Below, piece by piece: positions 13,241-25,319 of a stretch of 64,000 nucleotides of DNA. This DNA comes from Podarcis cretensis (lineage: Eukaryota): NCBI GenBank assembly GCA_951804945.1, contig OX638156.1, positions 62,868,001 to 62,932,000 of the forward strand, in the 5' to 3' direction. The notes under the pieces are model-generated. The model had not been told where the DNA came from and did not search any database. It saw nothing but the letters and a program-made list of their open reading frames with translations. Position numbers and translations under genes: made by a program. Position 1 is the stretch's first letter; every line of letters begins with the position of its first letter.

Positions 13241-13550
13241 ACCCAAATGGCAGCAAATTCCTAGCTAGGTCTTCTTTTGTGTTATTGGGTATAGTTAATT
13301 TGCCAAAGAGAGCATAATTAGGAGGACTAAGGTTTGTTTTCACTTGATTCCAGTTCATCTTTAATAGTTTCTTTATTTGAGGGATTTGAAATGTAAAACC
13401 CTTTTTGTAGTTGGTTTTGATTTGGTCCAGTAATTTTTCCTGTTTGTCGCTGGATCCCATAATGTAATCTAGTTGCAATGACCACAATTTGTATAGTTTT
13501 TCTTCCAACACCCATTTATATATATCATTAAAGTATTCTCTGTCATTCAT
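13239..13550 (-). pseudogene. Putative ERV accessory ORF 2 (103 aa, open)
   Basis: ATG-initiated, A-rich, protein-like ORF (MNDREYFNDIYKWVLEEKLYKLW...) ending at the PPT; its start overlaps the stop of the upstream ORF (ATGAATGA). Confidence 0.45.
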
Positions 13551-14015
13551 CCTGAGTCATAGGGCTCAGCTTGGATTGGCAGGCTGTGGAGAACAAGGAG
13601 GGAGGAGGACAAATGGGGGGTGGGGGCTGAGACCAGGGAACAGAGACTAGAGGAGTTGGGTATTCCCCTCTTCCAGAATCCAGCAGCTCTGAATGGTAAG
13701 ACAGGAATCCTGTTACACCAAAGAGGTCTGGGGAGGGCGTAGATGAACTGCTGGGGGTGGAATAACCATAGTCAGAAGGGGAGGGTACAGTTTGGTTGCC
13801 CAGGACTGTCACTAGGAACAGACACATCCTCCTTGATACATCTGGACGCTCAGCATTCCTGCAAGGCACAAGAGTCTTCTGTGTAAACTTGCCTCAGCTT
13901 TAAAAGCTTGGTGGTAGACCGTGTCAATCTGCTGTGACAACTCCATTGGTTCTTTGCAGTTCTGAACTCCTTGTCCTGATCTTGGCATCCTTAAACTTGG
14001 ACTAAGCATTCCCAT
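13543..14015 (-). pseudogene. Putative ERV accessory ORF 1 (Ser/Pro-rich, probably frameshifted)
   Basis: ORFs 13812-14015 and 13543-13869 lie between the env-like stop (about 14048) and ORF 2. Confidence 0.35.
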
Positions 14016-14047
14016 TTCTTAGTCTGAGCTTTGAGACTGCAGTGACA

Positions 14048-15990
14048 CTATGCCTGTTTAATCTGTTTCAGTATCTGAGCAGGAGGCAGTCCATACACAA
14101 TGGAAAACTGAAATGCACCAGTGCATAGAAATAAAATATGGAAGGTGTGACTACAGAGGAAGACAAGAAGGGTGCCATATTTATTCTTGTTGGAATTAAG
14201 TGGAAAGTCCAGTCTCATTTTTCCCCATAAATAGTTTTCTAATATAGGCTCATAAACAGCAGATGTTAAGATGTCCCTGGCTAGGTCTGTCAGTAAGCTC
14301 TACAAGTCCTCTGAGTAGACCCAGGAGAACTAGCTTGCAGCTTCTTTGTTTGATCCTTCAGTAGTTGCTTTAATTCCATACCACTAGTAGCTAATGTATC
14401 CCCTAAAGATGTTCTGTACAAGGAGATAGAAGTGAGCCTTCCATAGACTCTTTGGTCACTGGCAAAGAGCACAATTAGACATTTCTGTCTAAAATGTCCT
14501 TGTATACATCTGAGACAGTTGTACAGAAGAGTTGCATCAGATTATGTGTAGACTGTTCTCCCCTCCCCATGGCAATTACGTAAAGAATCCCTCAATTTGC
14601 TTAATGATTTCACTCACGGCTATTATGTGTCCAAATTGTTGTTCCCAGGACTCTCTTACGCCTACAGCTAATGCAATTGACTTTTCAACAGTAACCTGAA
14701 GATTGTTTTGGCATTGAGAGGGGAGGAATGGTCTGTGAGATATTGTCCTTAAGGAGAATGTCTCAGACATGAATATCCTCCCATTCTCCTTCAGACTCTC
14801 TCAATTAAGATTGGGCCTTTACTCAAACTTCCCTTGCCCCCAAATTTCTTAGACTCCTTACTTGTGTAAATACTTTATTTCAAAAAGTATTATTTTTCTT
14901 CCTCCAAAGTTGGAGCCTATACTTTTCTTTGATCAGCTGACATCTTTTCAAAAACTAGCCCAGGGGCTATCAATGTGAGTGCCATCCCCTGTTGTGAGCC
15001 TCCCAGTGTCCTTAACTCACTTCCTGCTTTGATATGTATGGCTGTACTACTGTGATGTCAGAGGAGGTTTAGGTTGTTAGGAATGTCACATATCCTGTGG
15101 GTGCTATTACCTTGCTTTTTAGTTACTTTCGCATTGCTGAGAGACTGAGCAACCTAAAGCCAGGCAGCAGAGAGCTGGTATTGAGTTGGGGTGGTCAATG
15201 GAGTCCTTAGAAATCATATCTCAAGATTCATAAGTGGCAGTCATCTATAGCTGTGCCTTGAGATCTACTGCAATGTATGGCGGACTTTTGCAAAACATGT
15301 GGTTGCTACTGATTAATAGTGATTTCAGAGCTTTAGAGGGAAATCTTCAGGAAACACCAATCTCATATATATGTTCAGGGTTAACAATCTCAATTTCCTG
15401 TATATTTTCCTGACAGAACTGTCAACCTCTCACTTGTTGACCTGGTATTCTAAATCTTCCTGCTTATATCAAGCAGTACAGTGGTACCTTGGGTTAAGTA
15501 CTTAATTCATTCTGGAGGTCTGTTCTTAACCTGAAACTGTTCTTAACCTGAAGCACCACTTTAGCTAATGGGGCCTCCTGCTGCTGCCGCGCTGCCGGAG
15601 CACAATTTCTGTTCTTATCCTGAAGGACTATTTCTGGGTTAGCAGAGTCTGTAACCTGAAGCATATGTAACCCAAGGTACCGCTGTAGTAGGTTTTCTCC
15701 AAGTTTTCAACCCAATAGATACTTTCATTGCAATTATTGCCTTAGGATGTTACAAAGGTGGGACACTAATTCTACGAGAGAAAAGATCCTCATTAGCCAA
15801 GATGCAGAAATGAGGTAAAGAGTGAGATGAGTGTTTAATGACTGAGTGTTCCATGCCCTTAGTGAGGAACGCAAATCACCAGAAATTCAAATGTGATACA
15901 AACCTTAACATTTTCTACTGATAAACCCCCAACTGTAGACTTAGGACAGCTCTGCAAAAACTGTGACGGAAAATGAATGTCTAAGCAGAG
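14048..15990 (-). pseudogene. env: Decayed foamy/spuma-like env, TM-subunit region, interrupted by a MITE
   Basis: Manual translation gives ordered motifs LQLGVY (15921-15938), GDL...WNTQSLNTHL (ending 15824), LFSRRI (about 15770), EIVNPEHIY (15365-15391), HMFCKSPPYIAV (about 15266-15300), and a hydrophobic stretch YGTLLVFLCSHTFHILFLCTGAFQFSIVYGL (about 14087-14179) before a short tail and TAG. These parallel remembered foamy Env motifs LQQGIY, HD...QHLHTHL, LLERRI, ELVIPKHIY and H...HPY with similar spacing. Many stops and frameshifts. Confidence 0.6.
15479..15685 (-). mobile_element. Tc1/mariner (Tigger/pogo-like) MITE inserted into the env-like region
   Basis: TIRs cagtggtaccttgggtta / taacccaaggtaccgctg, TA TSD at 15477-78 and 15686-87; reverse-oriented relative of 3972-4192. 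Confidence 0.88.
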
Positions 15991-18544
15991 ACGAAGGTCT
16001 GGAATGCACTAAATGCAGGGTACAGCTGAGCTTGTGTTGTCCATATTGCTTAATCCATTCTTTTAAAAAAGACACCTACATTAATTACTAGAATGATGTA
16101 CTTGCCAACAGAATAATGCATGGTGTCATCTTATTCCACTCCACCTCACTTCCATGTGGTGGGCCATTAATTAGTGTCTCTGCAAAATGAGCCTTGTAAC
16201 TGAGAATTTAGTCAGATTCCTGTAAAAACATAATTTTGATGGGGATGTTTAATGGTGAAACTTCAAGAAGGTAAGCTGTCCTCTGGAGAAGCATTGAAAT
16301 ATGTGCTAATGAAGTTATGCTGTGTGTCCCAATGCATATGGGAAGATTACCATAAAATAAAAAAAATGGTCGTTCTCCCTATTTCATTTTGATACCCCCA
16401 ATAAGTTAAGGATCCTATTGTCATTAAGTCCAAGATGTTGCATGAAATAGCAGCGACAAGCTTTTCCCCTGCCATATGTTCCAAGGTGGCTGGGCCTTGC
16501 AGTCCCTAGGAAAGAGGGATAAATGTGCTGCTTGGCCCAGGGGTTTCGAGTGTCCTGACAATCCATAATTCACCTCCAAAAGAAGAATCAGCCACATTTG
16601 CACCACCAAAGATATGAACAAGTGTTTTGGCATGCAGGCTCTTCGTATGCTTTTAAGTTGGCTTAATATCCTGGCTGGTTCCAGAGCAGATAACCATAAG
16701 TGGGCACACAGTACAAGAGGAAGTCTGGTGCAGGAAAAGCTCAGTCAGATCAGGATAATCAAATTCCATATTTCAGCTTGTTTAAAATGGATTCTTTCCC
16801 CATCCCTAGATTGTCCATGCAAGCACTGTGCTGTAATGCAATACTAAGTGATATATACAATATACCTGTACCTCCACTCCATATCTGACAGACCTCTGTG
16901 CCACTGATGAAGACTGTAATGTTGAAACACAACTGGCAACTGAAAATGTTGTTTAGTTCCAACAAGTTGTTTACAAGCAACTTTTTCTTCAGACTTTCAA
17001 TATGCAGTGCATTTTGTTAGTGTGTTTAGAAACAGTTTTGTTTTAGTGTCTGTGTTGAGCTGTTAAGCTGCATTTACCTGCGTTTTCAGTATAGTACAGT
17101 ATATAATTTTGTCAAAGTTATTATATCATTGCTATGTTTTGTCAGTAATTATACACTGTGTAAAATGTACAGGTTTGGGTGGTCTTGAGTTTTTACATTG
17201 CATTATTGTATATAAATGACTTTTGAGCTGTCATGAAGCGGTGGCAATTTTACGAGAATGGGTTGTTGGTTGCTAGAAGATCATCCCATGAATGATACCC
17301 ATTTTCACCACCTCATCTCAACAGTGCAAGGGAACTCCTGTCTGGAAACATGATGGGAAAGTCATTGTATTGTATCTCATGCTAGTCCTGCTCAGAGTAG
17401 ACCCACTGAATAGACTTGGCTAACTTCAGTTCATTAATTTGGATGGATTTAGCCAAACAACATAGCCTGTGCAATGCAGGCTGCATGTGCTGTTTAATGG
17501 GGCAACAAGAGTTTGTATTCTCCTGTTTGACATGAAATACTTTTTTTTCTGTAGGAATTGGAGTGTCCTTCCATTCGTATGTAAGCTCTTACATAAGGGA
17601 CCCCTTGCCTGGGAATTCTGGGATGATGCTGAAAATGGTTTCTGTGATCTCTGTAGCAAGAACAGTCAGAGGGCTGGATTCAATGTTAGTTCCACTCAGA
17701 GCAGACCCATTGAAATTAATCAACATAACTATCTGAGGTCCATTATTTTCAATGGGTCTACTTTGCATCCCTAATTTCTTTCCCAACCTGAGATGGGAGA
17801 TCCAGTCGCAGATCGCTCACACCACATGTCATCTTAATGAGTTTATGATTGATACAGAATTTGAACTTGGGTCTTCATGGTTCACAGATCAGTCTCTTCA
17901 CCGCTATGCTGCGAATTTGCTTTGCAAATTTGTGTTCAGCACATAAACAAAGGAGGGTAACTCAGAAGTAGGAAAATGTACCTCAAAAAAGCAAAACAAG
18001 CTCACAATGAATAGATTTTAATTTAAACTGGGCAGGCGAGGGGAATGGACACGTTTTATTGGAAATAAAACACAGCTTTTAAAAGTAAGTTGGAGAAGTT
18101 ATGGAGAATGGTTCAGTCTGCTGCAAACCTTGTTCCAAGGTCAGCAAAAGCTTTCGTTTCTCCCTTGCACTGATGCCACTGGAAGATGTCCTAGCCTTTT
18201 GGGCCAGCTTTTGCATGGATGCCCAACTCTTCAGCCAGTGTTCCAAGCTCGGCTATTGCTTGGGCTTGGCCTGCTTTCGGAATTGCATTGGCACCCTTTC
18301 CCTCCCTCCTTGCTGCCTGCCTAATCTTTGTACATGGTCACATTTTTCGAGATGCTAAACCTCTAGGTTGCCAGGTTTATCTCACTCTGACAATGACTGA
18401 GAATTTTGTAAACAAGCTCCTGAATTCACAATAGTTTGCATATGTATGAAAAATGCTTTTTGAAAAAAACCTAGATCCACATTGCAAATGGTTTTCTTTT
18501 TAGAAGTTCAGAGTTTGTGAGTCAGTTTGGAGTTGGTTTGTACT

Positions 18545-18664
18545 GGGTTGTAACCAACTAAGTTCTACTTAGAGTAGACCAATTGAAATCATTTAATCCA
18601 AGTTAGTTATACTCATTAATTTCAATAGAACTATTCTGAGCAGAACAAACACTGAATACAACCC
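18545..18664. mobile_element. Short palindromic MITE (gggttgta...tacaaccc)
   Basis: Terminal inverted gggttgta/tacaaccc with an internal agagtagacc...attgaaat hairpin; relatives at about 17365-17470, 17671-17765 and split around 31892-32370. Confidence 0.65.
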
Positions 18665-18695
18665 ATTACCGTATTTACAACCAGCAATAGCACCC

Positions 18696-18825
18696 NNNNN
18701 NNNNNNNNNNNNNNNNNNNNNNNNNNNNNNNNNNNNNNNNNNNNNNNNNNNNNNNNNNNNNNNNNNNNNNNNNNNNNNNNNNNNNNNNNNNNNNNNNNNN
18801 NNNNNNNNNNNNNNNNNNNNNNNNN
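18696..18825. other. Assembly gap
   Basis: N run. Confidence 1.
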
Positions 18826-21165
18826 GTACATTTGAACATTGATCCTTCTGCTCTTGTAATATTTTCTTTAAGCAGTTGTAAGATCTGCTTATTCAGATTT
18901 ATAGCATGTTCTGTTCCTCACAGCTCATATAGGTAATAGATGGTAAAAGTATGCATTGCAATAAAATATAAATAAACACATAACAACACCACTTCCACAC
19001 ATTGTTAAATTTCAATATAAATAAAGATGTGTAGGCTTCATTCAAAGGTAAGAGCAGCCATGTGATATGACACCAGAATGGCCCTCCCCAATGAAGTGGA
19101 CTTCTCCAGTGTAGGGCCTGTGTGACAACCTTAGCTACTGCCACATATGTGATTCTCCAGGTAGGGCTGAGCCATATGGCAATCTGCTAACAAATATCAC
19201 CATCCTCACATGGAGCTGCTAATATGCAGAAACCTTCAGATATCTGCCATAATATCTGAATCAGCCATAACGTTGCCTCTAGCAGAGAGAAAGTTGTCAT
19301 CCAATGTAGTGCTAAATCCTAAATTTTATGAAATAAGAAATAAATAGTGCCAGGAAAGTCTCTTAGAAGTCTGCTTCTGCTGGTGAAATGTTTTGCTCCA
19401 GCAGAACAGTATCACACAAGACAATGCATAAGCAGGTTGCCAGTAACTGTTACACAAGAGTTGAAGAATCTGTTGCACAACAAGTTTCCATTGGTGCAGC
19501 CATGCCATTGATCTCTCTTTTGCACATCATTAAGACTCCCCCTTACACTAGTACAAGAGCTGCTGTACTAGCAGACAGAGAATGTTGGATACAGCCCAAA
19601 GGATCTACACAAGGAGACCAGCCACCAAGAACATCTCTCTGCAGACTGGCAATTTGTTCTGGATGAATAGGAGGCAGCAACATCTAGCAACCAAGGTTGC
19701 CTGATGCTGGAAATTGTAATAACAAGAGGTTGCAAAGTCGGAGGTGACTGAGCAGGGCCTGAGCTGCTTATTCATACACATAAAATAATATCATCATATC
19801 ATTGAAATCTGTACATGACAACAGCACAAAGGAGTTCTTCTAGACAACCAGATTAATTTCAGGGAGACAAATTAAACCCCATTTAGCCATGGGTCTAAGA
19901 AACAGCCAACATATTTAAAGTATTCCAGTTATTTGGATGTCCAATTTCCTATACGTATAGGTGCATAAAAAGCAGCACATCTGGAACTTATTTTCTTGTT
20001 TGTGTAGGTTTGCAATCTAAACTATATTCATATTGTTGTTATACTGAAAAATGTAGGAGCATTATGAGGATAAATTCATTAGTACTTGGAGTTCAATAGA
20101 CAGAAGTGCAAATCATTGTTATTATCTCTCTCTTTATGCATTTTTAAATAGAACATGATAATCATCTTTATGAACTCTACATTATTTATAAAGGTCATTG
20201 ATGTTTGAGACATTTTTGAGCCAACACCCACGTTGGTAAATAGTCTTTTAGTGTCAAATATAAGAAACCCAAACTCTCCTCTATCACAGCCCTTTTCGAA
20301 AGTCTGGGATTTATAGCTTTTTCTGGAATGTAATACACGAGCCATTAAACTGAGAGTTGTACAATTATAAGGTTGTCTTTCAGTCCCATCTGCGGATTGA
20401 CTGAGGAATAGGGAGGCAAGGAAGTCACTTAGAAGTCCCATAACATATTTATACTTCTTGAAATAATAATAATAACAAACCTTTAGAATATAAAAAGTTG
20501 AGGAAAATATGTGCTTGTCAGACCATTAAGGAGCTGGGTTCATGTCATCCTTTCAGAACTTCCAGTAGCAGGATTCTTTGTAAGCCTCTCTGTTGCAATT
20601 CATTTGTGGGATGTTGCATGTTCCTGCCAACACAACAGTACCAGATATGTAGAGATCTTCTCCCCAACATATGCATGCTTGCCAGGTATAGGGTCGATTC
20701 CAAATCCCAACTGAAGTCAGATATATGCTGGTGTGCTGTCATTGTGCCAATGGGACCTCCTCTTGGCAGTGTGCCTCACCAGCATAATGAGGGATGAGAT
20801 AGAGTTGGGAGTGTGTGTGGGGGGTGGGGGGGAATTTGGACTACTGGGTTATGGCAGACCTTTGATGGAAAGAGATGTCCTCTGTTCCTGGGAGCATGCT
20901 TGTGATTATGAGAGGGGTCTGAGTATTCTGGAAAAGGTAACATTACTATAATTCACCATTGTTCCCACATGTTCCGTGTACGGGTTTTGTGACAGCATTG
21001 TCATGATTGGTGGTTAGTGCCAAACTTTTTTTTCTTTTAACTGTAACAGCCTTGAATGACAGACAGTCCTCAACCAGTTCCCTATCTTTCAGACACATAC
21101 CCTTCTTTTCTCCAGCCAGTCAACTGATAGATTCACTATTCCCATTAAATCTGCTCCACTTCCCC

Positions 21166-21678
21166 GTGGGGAGGAGTTGCAGTGGACCACGTGGTTATCC
21201 ACTCCCCTCTGGGGGTGAGGGACTTAGTCCTCTGTTGCCCAGTGGATCTCGGCCATGTCAGAGCCCAGCCAGCCAATCCGCTGGCTGGGGGGCGTGGCCG
21301 GGACCATTTAATCAGAGGCCATCATCTGCCCCTCCAAGCTTAAGGGTATTCCGTTAAAGGAATCCAGGGGTGTTGATCTTGTTCAAAGCCCGGGTTGGGG
21401 GCTAGGGCCATGACACAACCCCTACGGGAACACCAGGGGAGCTCAAGTTGGTATGCATCGACAGGGCTCCCCCTTCCGGTGGTTTACCCTTACCGGACTT
21501 CCTGCACATCGGGCAGGAGTCAGATATAGTCGGGTCCATTCAATGCCTAAGCCAATACTGCTCACATTCTGTAATCAATAAAGTTGTGGTCAAATTTGCC
21601 CAATAACATTAACCTAATATCCATGTCCTTGTGTGTTATTTCTCAATGAGGGGGTGGCTTTGGGGTCTCGACATGCAA
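21166..21678 (+). mobile_element. Solo terminal repeat of a retrotransposon, most resembling Ngaro/DIRS tyrosine-recombinase elements
   Basis: GC/CpG-richer island starting ggggaggagttgc, with CCAAT (about 21273), GC box ggggcgtggc (about 21289), TATA-like catttaa (about 21305) and caataaagttgtggtc (about 21576); no TSD found. Confidence 0.55.
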
Positions 21679-22889
21679 ATCATATTGAAGCTTCCTTCCA
21701 TATGTTCCTCCTGCCCATGAAATTCCTCTTCTCATCTACTGAGAGCAAACACAGCAATGCCTGGTCATCTAAACTACCCTAGTTGTCACTTGCTGACATT
21801 TTCTCTCTTTTCTTCAGTTGATCCAAAGTGATTCTGCTATACTCAATTTTCTCTTCCATCACTATGATTGTATCACCTTTTTCCTTCAGCACTTCAGATC
21901 TTGTGGCAATTTTGATCACCTGCAAGTCTCTGCTTCCCCTTTCTCTGCCTCTGACTGTGCCCACTTTTAGACATTTGTCCATGGTGCTATGGTCATGGGT
22001 TCCTCCTCCCATCTTCCCATGGTGTGCCAACTTTGTTGTGGAGACCTTGGCTTACATTAAGCCATATTTCCCTGTTAGATCCAAACCTCTCAACTTAGTC
22101 TTCATGCCGGTGAACAAACCAGGATAGCAAAGGGAGGAGAGAAGGGAAAGTGGGGAGGGGCAAGAGAGTAGTGCTTGTTCACAGCATCATAAACCATAGT
22201 TTCTGAAGCCATGGATGAACTTTAGCCTTTGTCTTTTGCATTTTATGTGAGACGAGGTCATCCAGGACAAGCTCAGGATATTTTGCTGCCTGAGGTGAAG
22301 GACAAGGTGGTGCTCTATCCCAAGGCACATACAGAACTCAATTGGACAGGTAGCTGAATCTTGCAGTTGAGGGAAGCAGGCTGGATTAGCGGGTACAGAA
22401 CAGGCCACATGGCACAGATCTGGCCACCCTGCCTCATCGTAGGGCCGGCCCCGAGGTCATCTATGAAACCATTCGGTCTTTAGCATTTTGATATGTACTG
22501 GCTCATTCACACCTGCAGCTCATCAGGAGGTAGTGCCATCGTCTTTAGGTGTCGAGCATGCATGTAGAAAGTAGCATTTACTGTTCCTCTTTTGTATTCA
22601 GGGCATTCCTTACTAATCTGGCATATTTATTTAAATGCTAATTGATGCTTGTTAATTTTTTTTTCTGAGAGCCAAGGTCATAAGTGAGTTCCATCCACAT
22701 CAGCATGATTGCAAGATCTCTTACCTTTTCCGGGGGAATGGTAATAAGAAAAAATAAATAAATCTTCATTTTTAATATAATTTCTATTAGCAAATATATA
22801 AGGGGGAAAAGGGAGAAAATGCTAGGGCACTAATAAAAGAAAACTAGGTCACATCTTCGCTGTACAAATTAAAGCATTATTATACAACT

Positions 22890-23175
22890 TTTAATAGTAA
22901 TGGCTTCCTGCAAAGAATCCAGGGAACTATAGTTTGTTCAGGGTGCTGAGAACTTTTAGGAGACCCCCTTTCCCCTCATAGATCTACATTTTACAGAGTG
23001 GTTGAACAGTCAATTCCTCATCCTAGGGGACTCTGAGAATTGTAGGTCTGTGAGGGGAACAGGGATCTCTTAACAACTCCCAGCACCCTTAATCATCTAC
23101 AGTTCCCAGGATTCTTGGGGGTGTGGAGCCATAGCTGTTAATAGTGCTTTAAATGTCTGGTGCAAATGTGGTCTT
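22890..23175. mobile_element. Palindromic MITE of the ctgggaactgtagttt family
   Basis: gaatccagggaactatagtttgttcagggtgctg...cagcacccttaatcatctacagttcccaggattc. Confidence 0.7.
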
Positions 23176-23559
23176 ACTGTGTTTTGGAATTTGACAGATT
23201 AAATATTAAGCACATTTTCATTTGATTGATGAGAGAGAAGCTGATGTAGCTTGTAAATTAAGTTGGGTTAGGCATCCGCTCAGCAGCACCGTTCATTTTA
23301 CAGACCAGGTAAGCTTAGCTTAACTGGTTTATTTAAGCCAGTTTGTTTAGTCCCTATGAAGTCAGCTTACATCCTGGCACATTTCTGCCTAATGACTGGG
23401 GTGAAGATCAAACTGTTTTGTCAGACGCAGGAGTGTTCACAGTTGAACTTCAAATTAGCTGTTTTCTTTCACACGTGCTCAATGTGGCAGCTTCCAGTTT
23501 TTGCCCCCATTTCAGAAGCTCCCTTTGCCTCATTTGGCTGCCTTCCGAGATAAAAGTAG

Positions 23560-23563
<4 letters not shown>

Positions 23564-23590
<27 letters not shown>
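23564..23590. repeat. (CT)n microsatellite
   Basis: Seen directly. Confidence 0.95.
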
Positions 23591-23892
23591 AAAAACAGAC
23601 TCTGTACCATAGGACCAAAACTGCAAGTGAGCAAACATTGCCACCACAACACTTTAAAATAGTAAATCAAATTTGTTTTCCTGTTTGCATTCAAAAGGCT
23701 AGAAAGGTAACTTGGAAAGATGAATGAAAGAGCCACTTTCTGTCATTTTCACTCACGTACCAGGTATAAGGTTTTCCGCAAAGCCTCCAAGGGGGAGGGG
23801 AAGAAGAAAAAAAAAGCATTGAAAATTCTCTTGTGCTGCTATTTTTGTCTTTCATTTTTTTATGACAACTTATTTGTACTTAAAGGAATCTT

Positions 23893-24322
23893 NNNNNNNN
23901 NNNNNNNNNNNNNNNNNNNNNNNNNNNNNNNNNNNNNNNNNNNNNNNNNNNNNNNNNNNNNNNNNNNNNNNNNNNNNNNNNNNNNNNNNNNNNNNNNNNN
24001 NNNNNNNNNNNNNNNNNNNNNNNNNNNNNNNNNNNNNNNNNNNNNNNNNNNNNNNNNNNNNNNNNNNNNNNNNNNNNNNNNNNNNNNNNNNNNNNNNNNN
24101 NNNNNNNNNNNNNNNNNNNNNNNNNNNNNNNNNNNNNNNNNNNNNNNNNNNNNNNNNNNNNNNNNNNNNNNNNNNNNNNNNNNNNNNNNNNNNNNNNNNN
24201 NNNNNNNNNNNNNNNNNNNNNNNNNNNNNNNNNNNNNNNNNNNNNNNNNNNNNNNNNNNNNNNNNNNNNNNNNNNNNNNNNNNNNNNNNNNNNNNNNNNN
24301 NNNNNNNNNNNNNNNNNNNNNN
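23893..24322. other. Assembly gap
   Basis: N run. Confidence 1.
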
Positions 24323-25319
24323 AAGAAGAAGAAGAGAAAACAGCAATTATTTCTTACTTTTCCCCTGAATGGGTTATTTTGGGTTAGATTCATGTCAGGT
24401 TCATTGAAGCTAACCTTTTGAAATCTCTAACAGCATAATACTTATATGGCAGGCTTAAAATTACTAGAAGACTATTTCGTTTTACCCTTTCAAGAGCAAG
24501 GAAGATACATTCTTAATGTAAGGTACTTTCCTCTGATCATTTGGGAAAGGAGAAAAAAAATAATTCAAATGCTCTAATTCTTATGGCAGCCTGTTATTTT
24601 TCTTCATCAGACAAAACCTAAACATGTAATAGGACAACACCCTCCTTTATTATTAAAGCTTGTTAAGTAATGTAGGAACTAGGAATTTAAAAATGCTATG
24701 GCAAAACGACGTCTGTGGGGATTACTTTATTTTGTTTTCTTCATTGCTAGCAACCTGTCTTCTGTCCTTTGCTATCTGTTTTGGAAACTGAAGATGTTAA
24801 ACACTCTCAGAATTGGGGAGGGGTCTACATTGAGAACATGTTCCCCTGTTAACAGGTTTTGGGAAGAACATTAGTAGTTTATATGGTGGTTCCTTATAAG
24901 GTCTTCTGTCAAAGCCTGAAAAACGTTGCCTCTTAGCTGTGAGGGCTTTATTGAGCATTGTGTTCTCAAGTGCATAGTTTAGGCATGCATATTATTTGCA
25001 TCTCCCCAAACATACTGAAAGTGCAATATATGTGTGTGTGTTATTAATGTAAGATGTTTGTCTGTAGACATAGATTTGTTCTAGAATGAACCCAGGACTA
25101 TGAGCAGGTACAACCCTAAGCTATTTCCACCATCTTGTGTGGCATTTTCTTGACACTTGTCCACAGAAGCAGATATATGCAGATATAAACTATTGTAGCT
25201 CATCACACAAATACTTTCTCCTATATTAGCCAGGTGCCCTCCAAAAGTTTTGATCAATAACTCCTATCAGCTGACTGGGGCTGATGGAAGTTGTTGTCCA
25301 AACCAAAACACAGTGTCTC

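Noticed and set aside
14576-14800. LKENGRIF motif resembling Mononegavirales L premotif A, and IHCSRSQG (about 15250-15280) resembling a helicase motif
   Set aside because: Isolated short matches with no downstream polymerase or helicase motifs; the collinear Env-like motifs plus PPT explain the region better.
20890-22130. Possible minus-strand L1 ORF1 remnant around the terminal repeat (ORF 21779-22030, charged and coiled-coil-like)
   Set aside because: Too degenerate to support by eye.
23720-24421. Long ORFs spanning N runs (also 18631, 40620 and 49268)
   Set aside because: Artefacts of assembly gaps.
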